Below, one piece after another: positions 30,097 through 41,180 of a stretch of 64,000 nt of DNA; position 1 is the first letter of the stretch, and each line of letters begins with the position of its first letter. The stretch is from the human T2T-CHM13v2.0 reference genome, Homo sapiens. Under the pieces are notes generated by a model. That model saw only the letters and a program-made list of their open reading frames with translations, searched no databases and had not been told where the DNA came from. The stretch is from NCBI RefSeq assembly GCF_009914755.1, contig NC_060932.1. One strand, given 5' to 3'. Both the position numbers and the translations under genes were made by a program.

Positions 30097-30720
30097 TGTG
30101 TTAGTCCATTTTCGGCTGCTATGAAGGAATACCTGAGGCTGGGGAATTAATAAAGAAAACAGGTTTATTTGGTTCATGGTTATACAGGCTGTCCAAGAAA
30201 CATGGCACCAGCATCTGCTTTTGGTGAGGGCTTCGGGCTACTTCCATTCATGGTGGAGGGGGAAGGAGAGTGTATTAGTCCGTTTTCATGCTGCTGATAA
30301 AGACATACCTAAGACTGGGTAATTTATAAAGAAAAAAACGTTTAGTGGACTCACAGTTCCATGTGGCTGGGGAGGCCTCACAATCAGGGTGGAAGGTGAA
30401 AGCCACGTCTTACATGGTGGCAGACAAGAGAGAATGAGAGCCAAATGAAAAGGGAAACCCTTTATAAAACCATCAGCTCTCGTGAGACGTATTCACTATC
30501 ATGAGAACAGTATGGGGGAAACCACCCCCATGATTCAATTATCTCCCACCAGGGTCCTCTCATATTATGGGAGCTACAATTCAAGATGAGATTTGGGTAG
30601 GGACACAGCCAAACCATATTAGAGAGCCAGCATTTCACATGAGAGGGAGCAAAAGAGAGGGGAAGTGTTCTATGCCCTTTTAAACAATCAACTGTCCTGT
30701 GAATTAATAGAGGTGGGACT
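30097..30720 (-). mobile_element. MST MaLR LTR interrupted by a THE1 LTR
   Basis: TGTGTTAGTCCATTTT...GCATCTGCTTTTGGTGAGGG, resuming after 30626. Confidence 0.75.
30271..30621 (-). mobile_element. THE1 solo LTR
   Basis: TGTATTAGTCCGTTTTCATGCTGCTGATAAAGACATACC...GGACACAGCCAAACCATATTA; perfect 5-bp TSD GAGAG. Confidence 0.92.
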
Positions 30721-31570
30721 GAGAGCCTGAATAGAGGGGGTTTAAAGAGACTAGGTTGGAACAAGATGCCAGCCAGAAGCTAAGGGGACAGTGTCCAGGC
30801 TGAGGAGCAGGGCTGGCAATCCAAGCAGGGTCTCTGAACCACAGCCAAGAGATCTGGGGAGCAGAGCAGAGCTTCAGACCCCAGGAGGAGAATCTGAAGT
30901 ACAAAAAAGACAACTTAGAAAGAAGGAAAAGTCTAGAACATGAACCTGGAGAGCCAGATGGGGAGGAAGGCTACAGCTGGAGTGAACTCTGGTGCCAGGC
31001 TCAGGGCAGCAAGACTGATGGCAGATGCTTCCGTTGGTGGGGAGAGGACTTAGCTTACATTGTTAGGCTCAGACGGGCTGACCATGACAGGAGGGGAATG
31101 AAACCAGCCATGCAGGTCTTCCGTGCTCACAGCTGACCAGAGCGGTGGTTCTCGACCCTGACTGTACATTTCAAAAATCTGGGAAGCTTTTCAAAAAATA
31201 CAGTGTTCTGCCCCCAGCCTCAAAGCATCCCTATTCATTTTTCTCCAATGGAGCTGGCCCCATTTTCAAACATCTTCCCAGATGACTGTGTTGTGCAGGC
31301 AGCGCTGAGAACTGCTGTTCTCCACTTCAGCTTATTCCTGTGTTTGGGACTGAGCCAGTGTGGGAGGCACCTTGAGATAACGGGAGCTATAGAGATAGTC
31401 AGCCCTGGCATCTGAGGGCAATGACTGCTGTAAGCACTGAAGGAATTTGTTGACTTTCCCCAGAAGAGCAATCCTCATAACACTGACCAAAATGAACATC
31501 CTGATTAATTATGCAGGTTTATAGCTCCCCAGAGGCTGCAGAAAAACATCATTTGGCACCAGAAACAAAC

Positions 31571-31576
31571 TTTATT
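31571..31576 (-). terminator. Polyadenylation signal AATAAA of KLHL38
   Basis: Plus-strand TTTATT at 31571-31576, about 1.28 kb past the stop. TG/T-rich sequence follows on the minus strand. Confidence 0.75.
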
Positions 31577-32093
31577 CTGGCAATGCAGGATAATTTTACA
31601 AACATTAGATACTGAATTGTGCATATATCTCTGGAATTTCAATGTACTACATCCATAGAATGCAGAAAAACAAGGTCAGGGCCAATTTCTCACGCTGCCA
31701 CCTGGACCAAGCAGTTCCAGGAATCCTCTGGGTTCTCTCAGCCCTCTTGTTCCAGATTTCAGTGGTGTCCTGGGCAGATGTGGTTTTTGTCTGGATTTCT
31801 CTCTTTGGGGAAATGCTTCTAACCCATTATATGCAGTTTGGATGGGCTGTCAGTGACAACAGGTAACCCCACCTCTGTCTGTGGGGATGTGGTCCAGGAC
31901 TAGCCAGTCCTGGCAACAGTGATTGGCTCAAGAGGTAGACATGGAATTCAAAAGAGGCCCATAAGCATTGTTTTTTAGGTTTAATATATGGATAATGGCA
32001 AAGTTCTCTCCTGAAGATATAAAGCTGGAAAATGAGTCTGGGTTTATCATTTGTCATTGTCCACACACTGTGTGGGTAAATGAAGAAGATTGC

Positions 32094-32142
32094 TAGAGAG
32101 AGAGGAAAACCTAGGGATGAGAGAGAGGAAGAGAGAGGGGAG

Positions 32143-32186
<44 letters not shown>

Positions 32187-32563
32187 GCAGAGAGACAGAG
32201 AAGAGAGAGAAGCAGAGAGGGGGAGACAGACAGAGAGAGAGAAGAGAGACAGAAACTGAGACAGAAAGGAGACAGGCCAGGCGTGGTGGCTCACGCCTGT
32301 AATCTCAGCATTTGGGAGGCTGAGGCCGGTGGATCACTTGAGACCAGGAGTTCGTGACCAGCCTGGCCAACATAGTGAAACCCTGTCTTTACTAAAACGC
32401 AAAAATTAGCTGGACTTGGTGGCACATGCCTATAATCCCAGCTACTCAGGAGGCTGAGGCGTGAGAATCGCTTGAACCTGGGAGGTGGGGGTTTCAGTGA
32501 GCTGAGATAGCACCACTGCACTCCAGCCTGGGCTACAGAGTGAAACTCCATCTCAAAAAAAAG

Positions 32564-32606
<43 letters not shown>

Positions 32607-32700
32607 GATAGGGGAGAGAAAGAAAGAAGGGGGAAAGACAGAGACAGATGGAGGTGGGGGAGAGAGATAAGGAGAGAGGCAGAGAAGGAGAGAGAGAGTT
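32094..32700 (+). mobile_element. AluS (32275-32565) flanked by (GA)n-rich tracts, within the KLHL38 3' UTR
   Basis: Alu consensus, with GAGA repeats at 32094-32274 and 32566-32698. Confidence 0.92.
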
Positions 32701-32856
32701 CTGGCAATGCAATGCCTAGTTCCAGGCCTCCCGACTCTGGTACCTCAGTCTTGTGAGCTCTCCCTGCAGCCTTTAAGGGTTAAGCCCTTTGGAGCTGGGT
32801 TTGTGTCCCTGGCGACAGAAGGCATTTTGACTAGGGCAGAAGGTTTCTTGTCGACC

Positions 32857-33146
32857 TCATGGGAGGCCAGACGTGCGGGGTATGCACTGGAGAGTGAGGC
32901 AGGCATGGTCAAAGAGCTTGTGCGGCAGCTGTCCCTGGGATGTCCAGGTGTCCGTCTCGGGGTCGTAGCAATCGAAGGAGGCGGAGTCCTCAATGTTGCA
33001 GTCCGTGGTCAGCCGCCGCCCGCCCGTCACGTAGAGTTTGTTTCCCATCACTGTGGCCCCATGGTGCATCCTCCGGTCTTTCATGTCCGCACATTTGACA
33101 AATTTGTTGGATTGAGGGTCATAAGCAAGAATCCTCCTTGTGTAAC
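32857..33146 (-). CDS. KLHL38: KLHL38 last coding exon (GYTRRILAYDPQSNKF...CIPRTSGLP*), final Kelch repeats
   Basis: Acceptor ggttttcAG. The split codon G+GT gives Gly. 290 nt to TGA at 32859-32857. Total CDS 1746 nt = 581 aa + stop. Confidence 0.97.
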
Positions 33147-34026
33147 CTGAAAACCAAATGACACATGGGCAAGCTCAGTGTTGCTCATCTGGGACTGGAG
33201 GTCAGCAGTCCTGGGACGCGTCTGACTCCTGCCACTGCGTAAGGCTGAGGCTGGGGCTCTGAACTAGCACGTGGGATGTTGGGCTAACCTGCCAAGGCCT
33301 GCTTTGTGGCAGAGTGGGGGCTGGCACGCAAATCTGCCTGACTCTGACCTTCACCCCAAGTTAAGGCAGCATATAAGCCATTCTTAGATTGGGAGCGGCC
33401 TCCTGATTCCTGTAACTTTCTCAGCCTCATTGGCCTCTTCCTCTCTCAAATGCCCACTCAAGAACTATGACAATCCTTTGGAAACTCAGAAGTGGGTTCC
33501 CCACACCAGTCCTATCTGGTAGTTACTTTTAGGATCCTCGTTTTATGGATGGACAAACTGAGGCACAGAAAGATGTTTAACTTGCTAAAAAGTATATAGC
33601 CAGTTAGTGACAGAGCCAGGATTTGAGCCCAGTTCCATCTGACCCCAATACCAGTCCTCTTAACCATGACACTATGATTTGATTACAGAGAAACAAACTA
33701 TTAGTAGCTAATATTATAAGCAGAAGCAAACATGTTTTATTTACCGTGTATCTGGGATAGTGCTAAGTGCTTTAGATACACGAGTACATTAATTATCACG
33801 ACAGCTCTGTGAGATAGGTATTATTTCATCCCTTGTTTACAGATAAAGACAGGGAAAAACTTCTGGATGAGGAGAGAGTTTTGTCAGATTCTCCACGCTC
33901 TTCTGGTTGGTTGGATGTGCTTTTGAAAAGACAGTCTTGTAGAATAACATCTGTCTATGAGTGACCTTTTTTCCATAGAAGGTGCCAAGTTTGTGTCACG
34001 CCCAGTGATCCTCTGTTCAGACTCAC

Positions 34027-34132
34027 CTCCCACAATGACAATCCGCTCCCCAAGCACCACTGCAGGGGCACACACGTTCTTGATCATTCTTGTCTCCATT
34101 TTGAACCACGAGTTTCTGGAAATGTGATAAAC
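34027..34132 (-). CDS. KLHL38: KLHL38 second coding exon (VYHISRNSWFKMETRMIKNVCAPAVVLGERIVIVG-), Kelch repeat
   Basis: Acceptor ctctctctccctcAG, donor GAG|GTGAGT. 106 nt, in frame with the preceding exon, ends in phase 1. Confidence 0.97.
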
Positions 34133-34914
34133 CTGAGGGAGAGAGAGAATCATGGCACTGCATTTTAAAGTGAAATATTCTTGAAAAAAGACAGAAGTAG
34201 TAATTAAGAGGGTGAACTAGGAGTGAGATTTTTCTGTCTGCTTTTTTCCAGTTTTAAAAATGTAGCTATTGTTAATAAACAAAACAGTACTGAAAAACAG
34301 GAAGAAGTATATGATTAAAAATTGATCTTATTGTGACCCCCAGGAACTCACTGGCTGTAATTCTATAGAATAGATCAAGAGTTTTGCATTGTAATATGGG
34401 TTTTACTTACCTTGCTTGGAACATGTTTCTCTTTTAATGAGAAATGAAGAAACTTGGGTATTCAGAAAACCAATGATTTTCTGATCATTTTTTATTTCTA
34501 GCTCCTGTTTAAATTTCTAAATGTTCTGGTTTATCCAAGAAGGTCATAGAGCCAAGAATAAATCTGAGGCTAAGTGAGGAAGGTTTTTGAACCGTTCATG
34601 CCCGAAAGTCATTACAGTCCTAGAAAAATGCAGCAGAGAAAGGGGAGAAAGACCAAAGAGAAGAGAGCAGGCTCTTTTGCCATGCTTTGAAACAGTGTGT
34701 CAAATCAACACCCCCGAAACATGTTCTCCTGTGAGTGTCCTCAGTTTTAAATCTGAATATCAAATGTAAATTAGTTCATTATGGGCAAAATTTAGCACAA
34801 GAGATATAGGATGAATTTCATATAAGCAAAGAAGGAACAAGAGCATTTATCTACAGAGGAAAATGGCATAGTATTCTTTGCTAGAAAGTCTTTTCCTATA
34901 AAATAAAATTACGA

Positions 34915-35254
<340 letters not shown>

Positions 35255-37326
35255 TTACTAAATTTGATCTTCATAACCATCCTATGAGGTAGGTATTATT
35301 ATTTCTTCCATCTTTCAGTTTAGACCATTGAGGCTCTTAGAGGTCAAATGACATGCCCAGGGTCATACAACTACAGTGAGTGGGAGAGCTGCTCTGACCA
35401 AGCCCAGAATCCATGCTCTTCACCACCACACTCATGGCTCTGTCTGGAGCCATGAAACTGTGGCCTTTCCTGATGAAGGCTTTTGAGACTGGAGACCTCG
35501 TGAGGTCTCTGTCTGTCCTTCAAGAAGTCAGTGAATCCTGGAAGAGGCCAAGTGCTAGAGGAAGGGAAGGTCACAATGGCCGTTTCATCGGAAAATATGT
35601 AAGTGACAAACTCTCTGGAAAGTGGGATCCTTGGAAGAAAAGCAAACACTGGTTGCATTTTACTTGAATGAATAATTGCCTCCTGGCCTTTCTGTTCTCC
35701 TTCAGCTTTGGGTACGGCTTTAAAAATAGATTAAACATTTGCTCACCATGCTCATAATACCCCAAAGAGGCTGGGGCAAGGATAACAAAGGATGATCTTT
35801 GACCAGTCAAGGAAGCGATATTTTGTTATGGTAAAGGATTTGCTTAATGCCATCCAGAAACAGGTAGAGAGAAGGCCAGGTGGAAAGGTACAGGTACAGT
35901 GCGATTTGCATCGTAACCCCATGGCAGTGTAGTTCTGAAAAGAACGCACACACACAGATGAACAAGCCTATGAAGAAAACTCTCAACCAGTGCCTGAAAA
36001 TCCAACCTGCTCCATCAAGTGACTCCCAGCATTCATTTTAAACTATATTCGAAAGAGTAGAATGTTTATTTCAAAGCTAGTGCAAAGTAGATAAGAAAAG
36101 CATCCAAATGAATACTTTTCCCCTTCTCTGTCTTCTTAATCCTGAAATGCAAAAGGATCCCTCAGAGGTTTAATATTTTCTTGGCTTGGCAACATCTTGT
36201 TTGATGGTACTATACATTTCTTGATATGCTAGCTTGAAGCTTAAACTTTGAGTTTTATTCTCAGAAGGTCAATGGCAGTTTTGCAATGTGAAATAATGAA
36301 CGTATTTGTTGACTGTTTTGAAAAATAGAAAAGAAGGAGGGGCTCCAGCTTGACATGGAAGCACTTTGTTATCTGTCTGGTGTGGTCAGAGCCTGGAGGG
36401 GAGCAGAATGTCTCCCCCACTTCAAGTAGAGGAGTGGGATTTGGAACAGCGATTCTAGAAAGACTCGGAATCTGCCTGGATGGTCAGGGAGGAGCTGAAA
36501 ATAATGGCTGGAGAAGTGAAGGCAAGAAAAAAATCTTCACTGGAACTGACCGAGTCCAAGCCATCACCACCCATGCCTGGAACTCTAGAAGAGTCTCCCA
36601 GTTCTCCCCTTTGTCCACTCAGGCCCCCTCCAATCCCTTCTCTACAAGGCATCCAGATGGAACTTCTAAAAATGTGAATGTGTTTTACCTCATTCACCTT
36701 TCTTGAAAGCCTTCAATGAAGTTCTGTTCCTCTCAGGCTAATCCCAATTCTTTGACAAGGCCTAGAAAGCCCAGCCAGGCCAGCCTCATCTCCACAGATA
36801 TCCATCCCTCAAGAAGGTTCCAGGATTTTTCTAGGAGGGGCTCAGGGGTTGCGATGTGGGCGGAGGAGGTTGCTCCCGGTAGCCTGAGAAGGGGGCTGAT
36901 GGAGATTGCATGAGGACTGACGCCCGCCCCTAGCCACCCCTCTGCACACTGCCCTTCTCCTCTTTGCTCTGTCTTGCAACTCCATTGTCCTGCTTTCCGC
37001 TGCCCAGGGCCATGGGCTGCACCTGTTTGTGCTTCAGGGCCTTCATGTGAGCTGCTCCCTTACCCAGGACCACTCCCCCTCCCTCAAGAGAGAACTCTGA
37101 CTCCGGCTTCAGGAGGTGCAGGAGCTTCCTGCATCTCCCTCTAAGTCGGATCTTCCCTTACATGCTTTCTTAGCACCCACCCCACCCCTCCCCCTCCTCT
37201 TTTATTCTCCATCCCCACCTTCCTCTCTCCTCTCCTGCCCCTCTGCTCAAGTCAGCTTCAGCCAACTTCACAGGGTTTGCTCCAACATTCCCTTAACCCT
37301 GGCACTCTCTCTGATTCTCTCTGGAC

Positions 37327-37530
37327 CAGCGGTGTCCAATCTTTTGGCTTCCCTGGGCCACATTGGAAGGAGAGTTGTCTTGGGTCACACATAAAGCACA
37401 CTAACACAAATGATAGCTGATGAGCTAAAAAAAATCGCTAAAAAAAATCTCATCATGTTTTAAAGTTTATGAATTTGTGTTGGGCCGCATTCAAAGCTGT
37501 CTTGGGCTGTATGCGTGTTGGGCAAGCTTG
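37327..37530 (+). mobile_element. MER30 hAT MITE in KLHL38 intron
   Basis: CAGCGGTGTCCAATCTTTTGGCTTCCCTGGGCCACATTGGAAG...GCAAGCTTG; 8-bp TSD CTCTGGAC/CTCTAGAC. Confidence 0.88.
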
Positions 37531-38289
37531 CTCTAGACTGGTTTAGGGCATCCCGCCTGTGCTCTTAGAGCACCCCTCTCTTCAGCGTCTGAATTGCAAC
37601 TGAGGGTTATGTGTAAATTGCTGGGTCTCCAGGCCCTTCACAATGGTTGGTGTTCAACATAACTCTCATAGATGAGCAAAGTACATCTCGTGGATGCTTC
37701 TGATTGTCTGTAAAGGCAGGCTCAATATTCACGTTCTGCAGAGATTACCAGGAACTTGCATAAAGCTGGAAAACACTTAATATTCTGAAATGTGGCCTTT
37801 ATTGAGCATACTTCTCAGACAGCTTGTTAGTGAAATTAATGTCTGCCGATCATTAAAAGTAGGGGTTTCCCAACCTGGCTGCAACTTAGAGTCTCCTGGG
37901 GACTTTTGTAAACCATACATTTTAGGATCTCACACAAAGATATTTTGATTCAGTGATGTGAGGTCAGGTTCCAGGGGATTTGGTCACAGAGGTGTGGACC
38001 AAGGCTTGGGAATCTTCTTTTAAGGCCTTACTGACTTGAGTTAGAAGCACCTGCCAAATTCCTATGGGACTTCACTATCTGACTTTCAATATGCTGTATA
38101 ATAACTTGAATTTTTAGATATATATTTGTCTCATCAAATGAAGATAAACTCTGTGCATAGGGATGGTATTTGATATCCTTTGTTATGTATTATTTTTGCA
38201 CAAAAAAATTCATAAATTGAAAAATATCTTGCTGAAAATCCTTCTTCCCTCCCTCCCTTCCTCTCTTCCTTCCTTGCAAATAACAAGTG

Positions 38290-38662
38290 TTGGTATGTGT
38301 GTACATGGGTGCACATGTGTGTGCATGTATGCATGTACGTATTTGTGTTCGTGCATATGTATAAATGTGTGCATGCATGTGTAGATATATGTAAATGTGT
38401 GTATGCATGCATGAATTGTATATGTGTATGCATGTGCACACGTATGCATGTTGGCATCTGCATATATGTGTGCATATGTGTATGCATGTATGCATGAATA
38501 TACATTTCTGCATATATGTGTGCACGCATGTATGCATATGTGTGTTTGTGTATATGTGTGCATATATATATTTATGTGCATATATGTGTTTTTTGGTGTG
38601 TATGTATACATGTGCATGTGTGTGCAAGCAGGTGTGGGTGTGTCCATGCACACATACTCATG
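38290..38662. repeat. Alternating purine-pyrimidine (TG/TATG/CATG)n tract
   Basis: About 370 bp of TGTG/TATG/CATG units adjacent to the exon 2 donor. Confidence 0.92.
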
Positions 38663-38694
38663 CAGTTACGTGATGGGAAGAACCGGCCATTTAC

Positions 38695-40044
38695 CTGGAT
38701 AAGGCGCACAGGGTTCTGCATGATGTCCTCTCCTCCAAAGAGATAGAGTCTTTGGTCTTTCACAGCGACTGCGGGGTGGAGCACCCCCACGGGCATGCTG
38801 GCCATACTCTCCCAGACATTGCAGATGCTGTCATACCTTTCCATGGAGCCCATGAGCTCCTGCCCTTCTCCAATCCCCCCGATGGAGAAGATGAAGTTCT
38901 TATGGGCAGTGCTTCTGTGGGAGTAGCGGGCCACCAGCATGGGCTCCCCCAGCCTCCACTGATTGAGTTTCAGGGAGAAGATGTAGACATTGTGACTGAC
39001 CAGACTCTTCCCTGAGCTGACAGCCATGCCCCCCAGCACATAGACGCTGCGGTGCAAGGTGATGGCAGAGGCCTTGTACAGCCGTGTCGGGAGTTTGGCA
39101 AGGCTCTGCCATTGGCCGGTCTGTTTGCTGTACAGTAGGACGTCCCTGGTGGTCTGCTGGCTGTCCTTCCTTCCGCCCAAGAGGATGAGGAAATCTTGGT
39201 AAGAGTTTCTTGGAGGGACATGCAACAGGAGTTTGCAGTCTGGGACGGTGGTGCCACACAAAGAGAACATCTGTCTCTTGGCGGTCTCCAAGATGATCTG
39301 GCATGCAGGCGAGGACTGCAGGAGGGCATCGTTGGCGATGAAGTGGTGAAAGAAGGCTGGGTGGATGTACTGCAGCCTGACCTGCTTGAACAGTTCCTGC
39401 ATGTATCGCTTCCGGGCCTGGAGGTCATGCTTGATCCAAACCATGAGGGCCTCAAACACCTTTTCCTCCTCCCCACAGAGCCCATCATCTCCGAGATAGT
39501 CCCTCAACTCCAAGGCACAGAGCTCCTTCAGGTCGGCCGATGCGGCCACCTCTGGGAAGGACGTCAGTGCCACCTCCCTGGCTTTCTTCTTGAGGGTCTC
39601 GCAGCTTAAGATTTCTGAGAGTCTGATCATACCCAGGCAGTTGCTGGGGGCCAACTGGCTCTGCAAGTATGAGGAGCAGGCCTCAAACAGCTTGGGGAAC
39701 TGTAGCATGGAGGCGGCCTCCATCACGGGGAGGACATTGTCAGTGGCAATGCGTGCCTCCCCCGTATACACGTAGGAGACGATCTGGTCCAGGGTTGGGG
39801 GGTCAATGCCTTTCAGCTGCACTTTGGCTTCACTCTTCTCCCGGAAGCTGCTGCAGAACATAGCCCTGAAGTAGGGGCTGCTGGAGGCCAGCACGTTGCG
39901 GTGGCAGGGGATCTCCCGGGCACCGGCACAGATGCTCACATCAGTCAGGATCCTGCTTTGCCTTAAGCTGTTGAGCTGCCTCAACAAGTCAGAAGAGAAG
40001 TCGTGGTCTTTGAAGAGCAGCCCATCTAGTGACTCCTCGTCCAT
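38695..40044 (-). CDS. KLHL38: KLHL38 first coding exon, codons 1-450: BTB/POZ, BACK and N-terminal Kelch repeats
   Basis: Translation MDEESLDGLLFKDHDFSSDLL...TDVSICAG...HRNVLASSSPYFRAMF is a canonical BTB signature, followed by BACK and GG/Y/W Kelch motifs. Acceptor ctttgtAG|G lies 1 nt before the ATG (40044). Donor CAG|GTAAA follows 38695. Length 1350 nt, phase 0. Confidence 0.98.
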
Positions 40045-40703
40045 CCTACAAAGAGGGAAGGAAGCCCCCAGAGTCAGCAAGAGTCAAATCTTTCTCAGCT
40101 GCATGTGCTGGAGGGTTCAGCTGTGGGGACTCCAAGACCAGTGCTCCTATTCCATTCCCCATGATGTTTGCGGATGTCACCATGGATATTGTGTAGGGAA
40201 GATTGGAAAGGAAGGCCACATACATCTCAGACCTGAGCCCTTTTGGGTTATGGTTATTTTCAAAAGTAATAGGCAAATAGTATCTTCAGCTAATCTGAGA
40301 GAAACAACCAAACAAACAAACTAAAGTTGTTGGAAGTTACTCTGTTATCAGAAGCTGAAATGTTAGTCTGAAGCAAGATAACAGTCCATGGATTTGACCA
40401 GCAGAAGTTCATGAGCCTTTTTCCAGATCGATGGCATATCTGTTATTGAGTAGCAGATGTCTAAACCTCTCTTTCTGGGTGTCAATCATTCCCCAAGGAT
40501 GATATTCTGGAGGTGTGGCCCTCTGGTCACTGGACAGAAATGAGGGAAGAAAATGGACCTTTGATGCATATATTTAAATATGACTTCATTGAGTCTTGTT
40601 TTAAAGATAGAATAAATAAAAGGAAAGACCAAACAATCCCCTGGTTTATTGGATGACACCTGGTTTTCTACTTGCAGAAGAAATAAGTATGAGGGACACT
40701 TAC

Positions 40704-40920
40704 CTTGTTTTGCTGCGGTGACATCCACTGGTGCCTGGTCTGACTTATCCCCCCGGAGAGTTTCTACCTCTAGCTCCAAGGGAAACCATAAACCCCAGGC
40801 CTTTCTTTCAGTTGGCAAATGATTTGTCCTGGGAGATTTCTGGATTTGTTTATGCTGAAGGCACTTTCATAGTTTTCTAGAGCTTTGTGCAAGGACTGCT
40901 GGGCAGGGAGACAGTGTATA
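40704..40920 (-). other. KLHL38: Inferred non-coding first exon (5' UTR) of KLHL38; 5' end approximate
   Basis: The coding exon begins at a splice acceptor, so an upstream exon is required. A perfect AAG|GTAAGT donor follows 40704 (658-bp intron), with muscle-type promoter motifs just upstream. The TSS cannot be fixed from sequence. Confidence 0.75.
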
Positions 40921-41180
40921 CATTCCAGGGCTAAGAATAGTTGCATATGTACTTTCCACTGTTATGACATGTGACTTTCCAGTTGCCTTTTGCAGCAACC
41001 CGAGGGCCTGCAGGGCCGGCGCATGCCCACATGCCTCGTTTCCTTGGCAAGTGTTTACATCGGCAAAAATAGATCGGGAGGAGCGGCTTCTCTTAGAGAA
41101 GACTTTGCTGTCTGCTTGGAACCATCCCGAGTCCCCTGTCCTAAAAGTGCTTGGGAATTCTAGCTGTCTGTAAACAGGTT
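40921..41180 (-). promoter_or_regulatory. Putative KLHL38 proximal promoter (MCAT/TEAD, MEF2-like, 2x FOXO core)
   Basis: CATTCCA 40921-40927, CTAAGAATAG 40931-40940, TGTTTAC 41052-41058, GCAAAAATAG 41063-41072, GTAAACA 41170-41176. Unique sequence with retained CpGs. Confidence 0.55.

Larger units (their letters stand above)
31555..32856 (-). other. KLHL38: KLHL38 3' UTR (approx.), containing an antisense Alu and CT-rich tracts
   Basis: Runs from the stop codon to just past the first canonical minus-strand AATAAA. Confidence 0.75.

Noticed and set aside
38134-38746. Many H/T/C/M/V-rich ORFs
   Set aside because: Translations of the TG/CATG simple repeat.
40045-40080. 12-aa N-terminal extension of the KLHL38 ORF in the ORF track
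   Set aside because: It starts at a TTG and covers the polypyrimidine tract and AG acceptor, so it is intronic. The true start is the ATG at 40044.
38752-40324. Antisense and alternative-frame ORFs over KLHL38 exon 2
   Set aside because: Shadow ORFs of a GC-rich coding exon with no recognisable domain.
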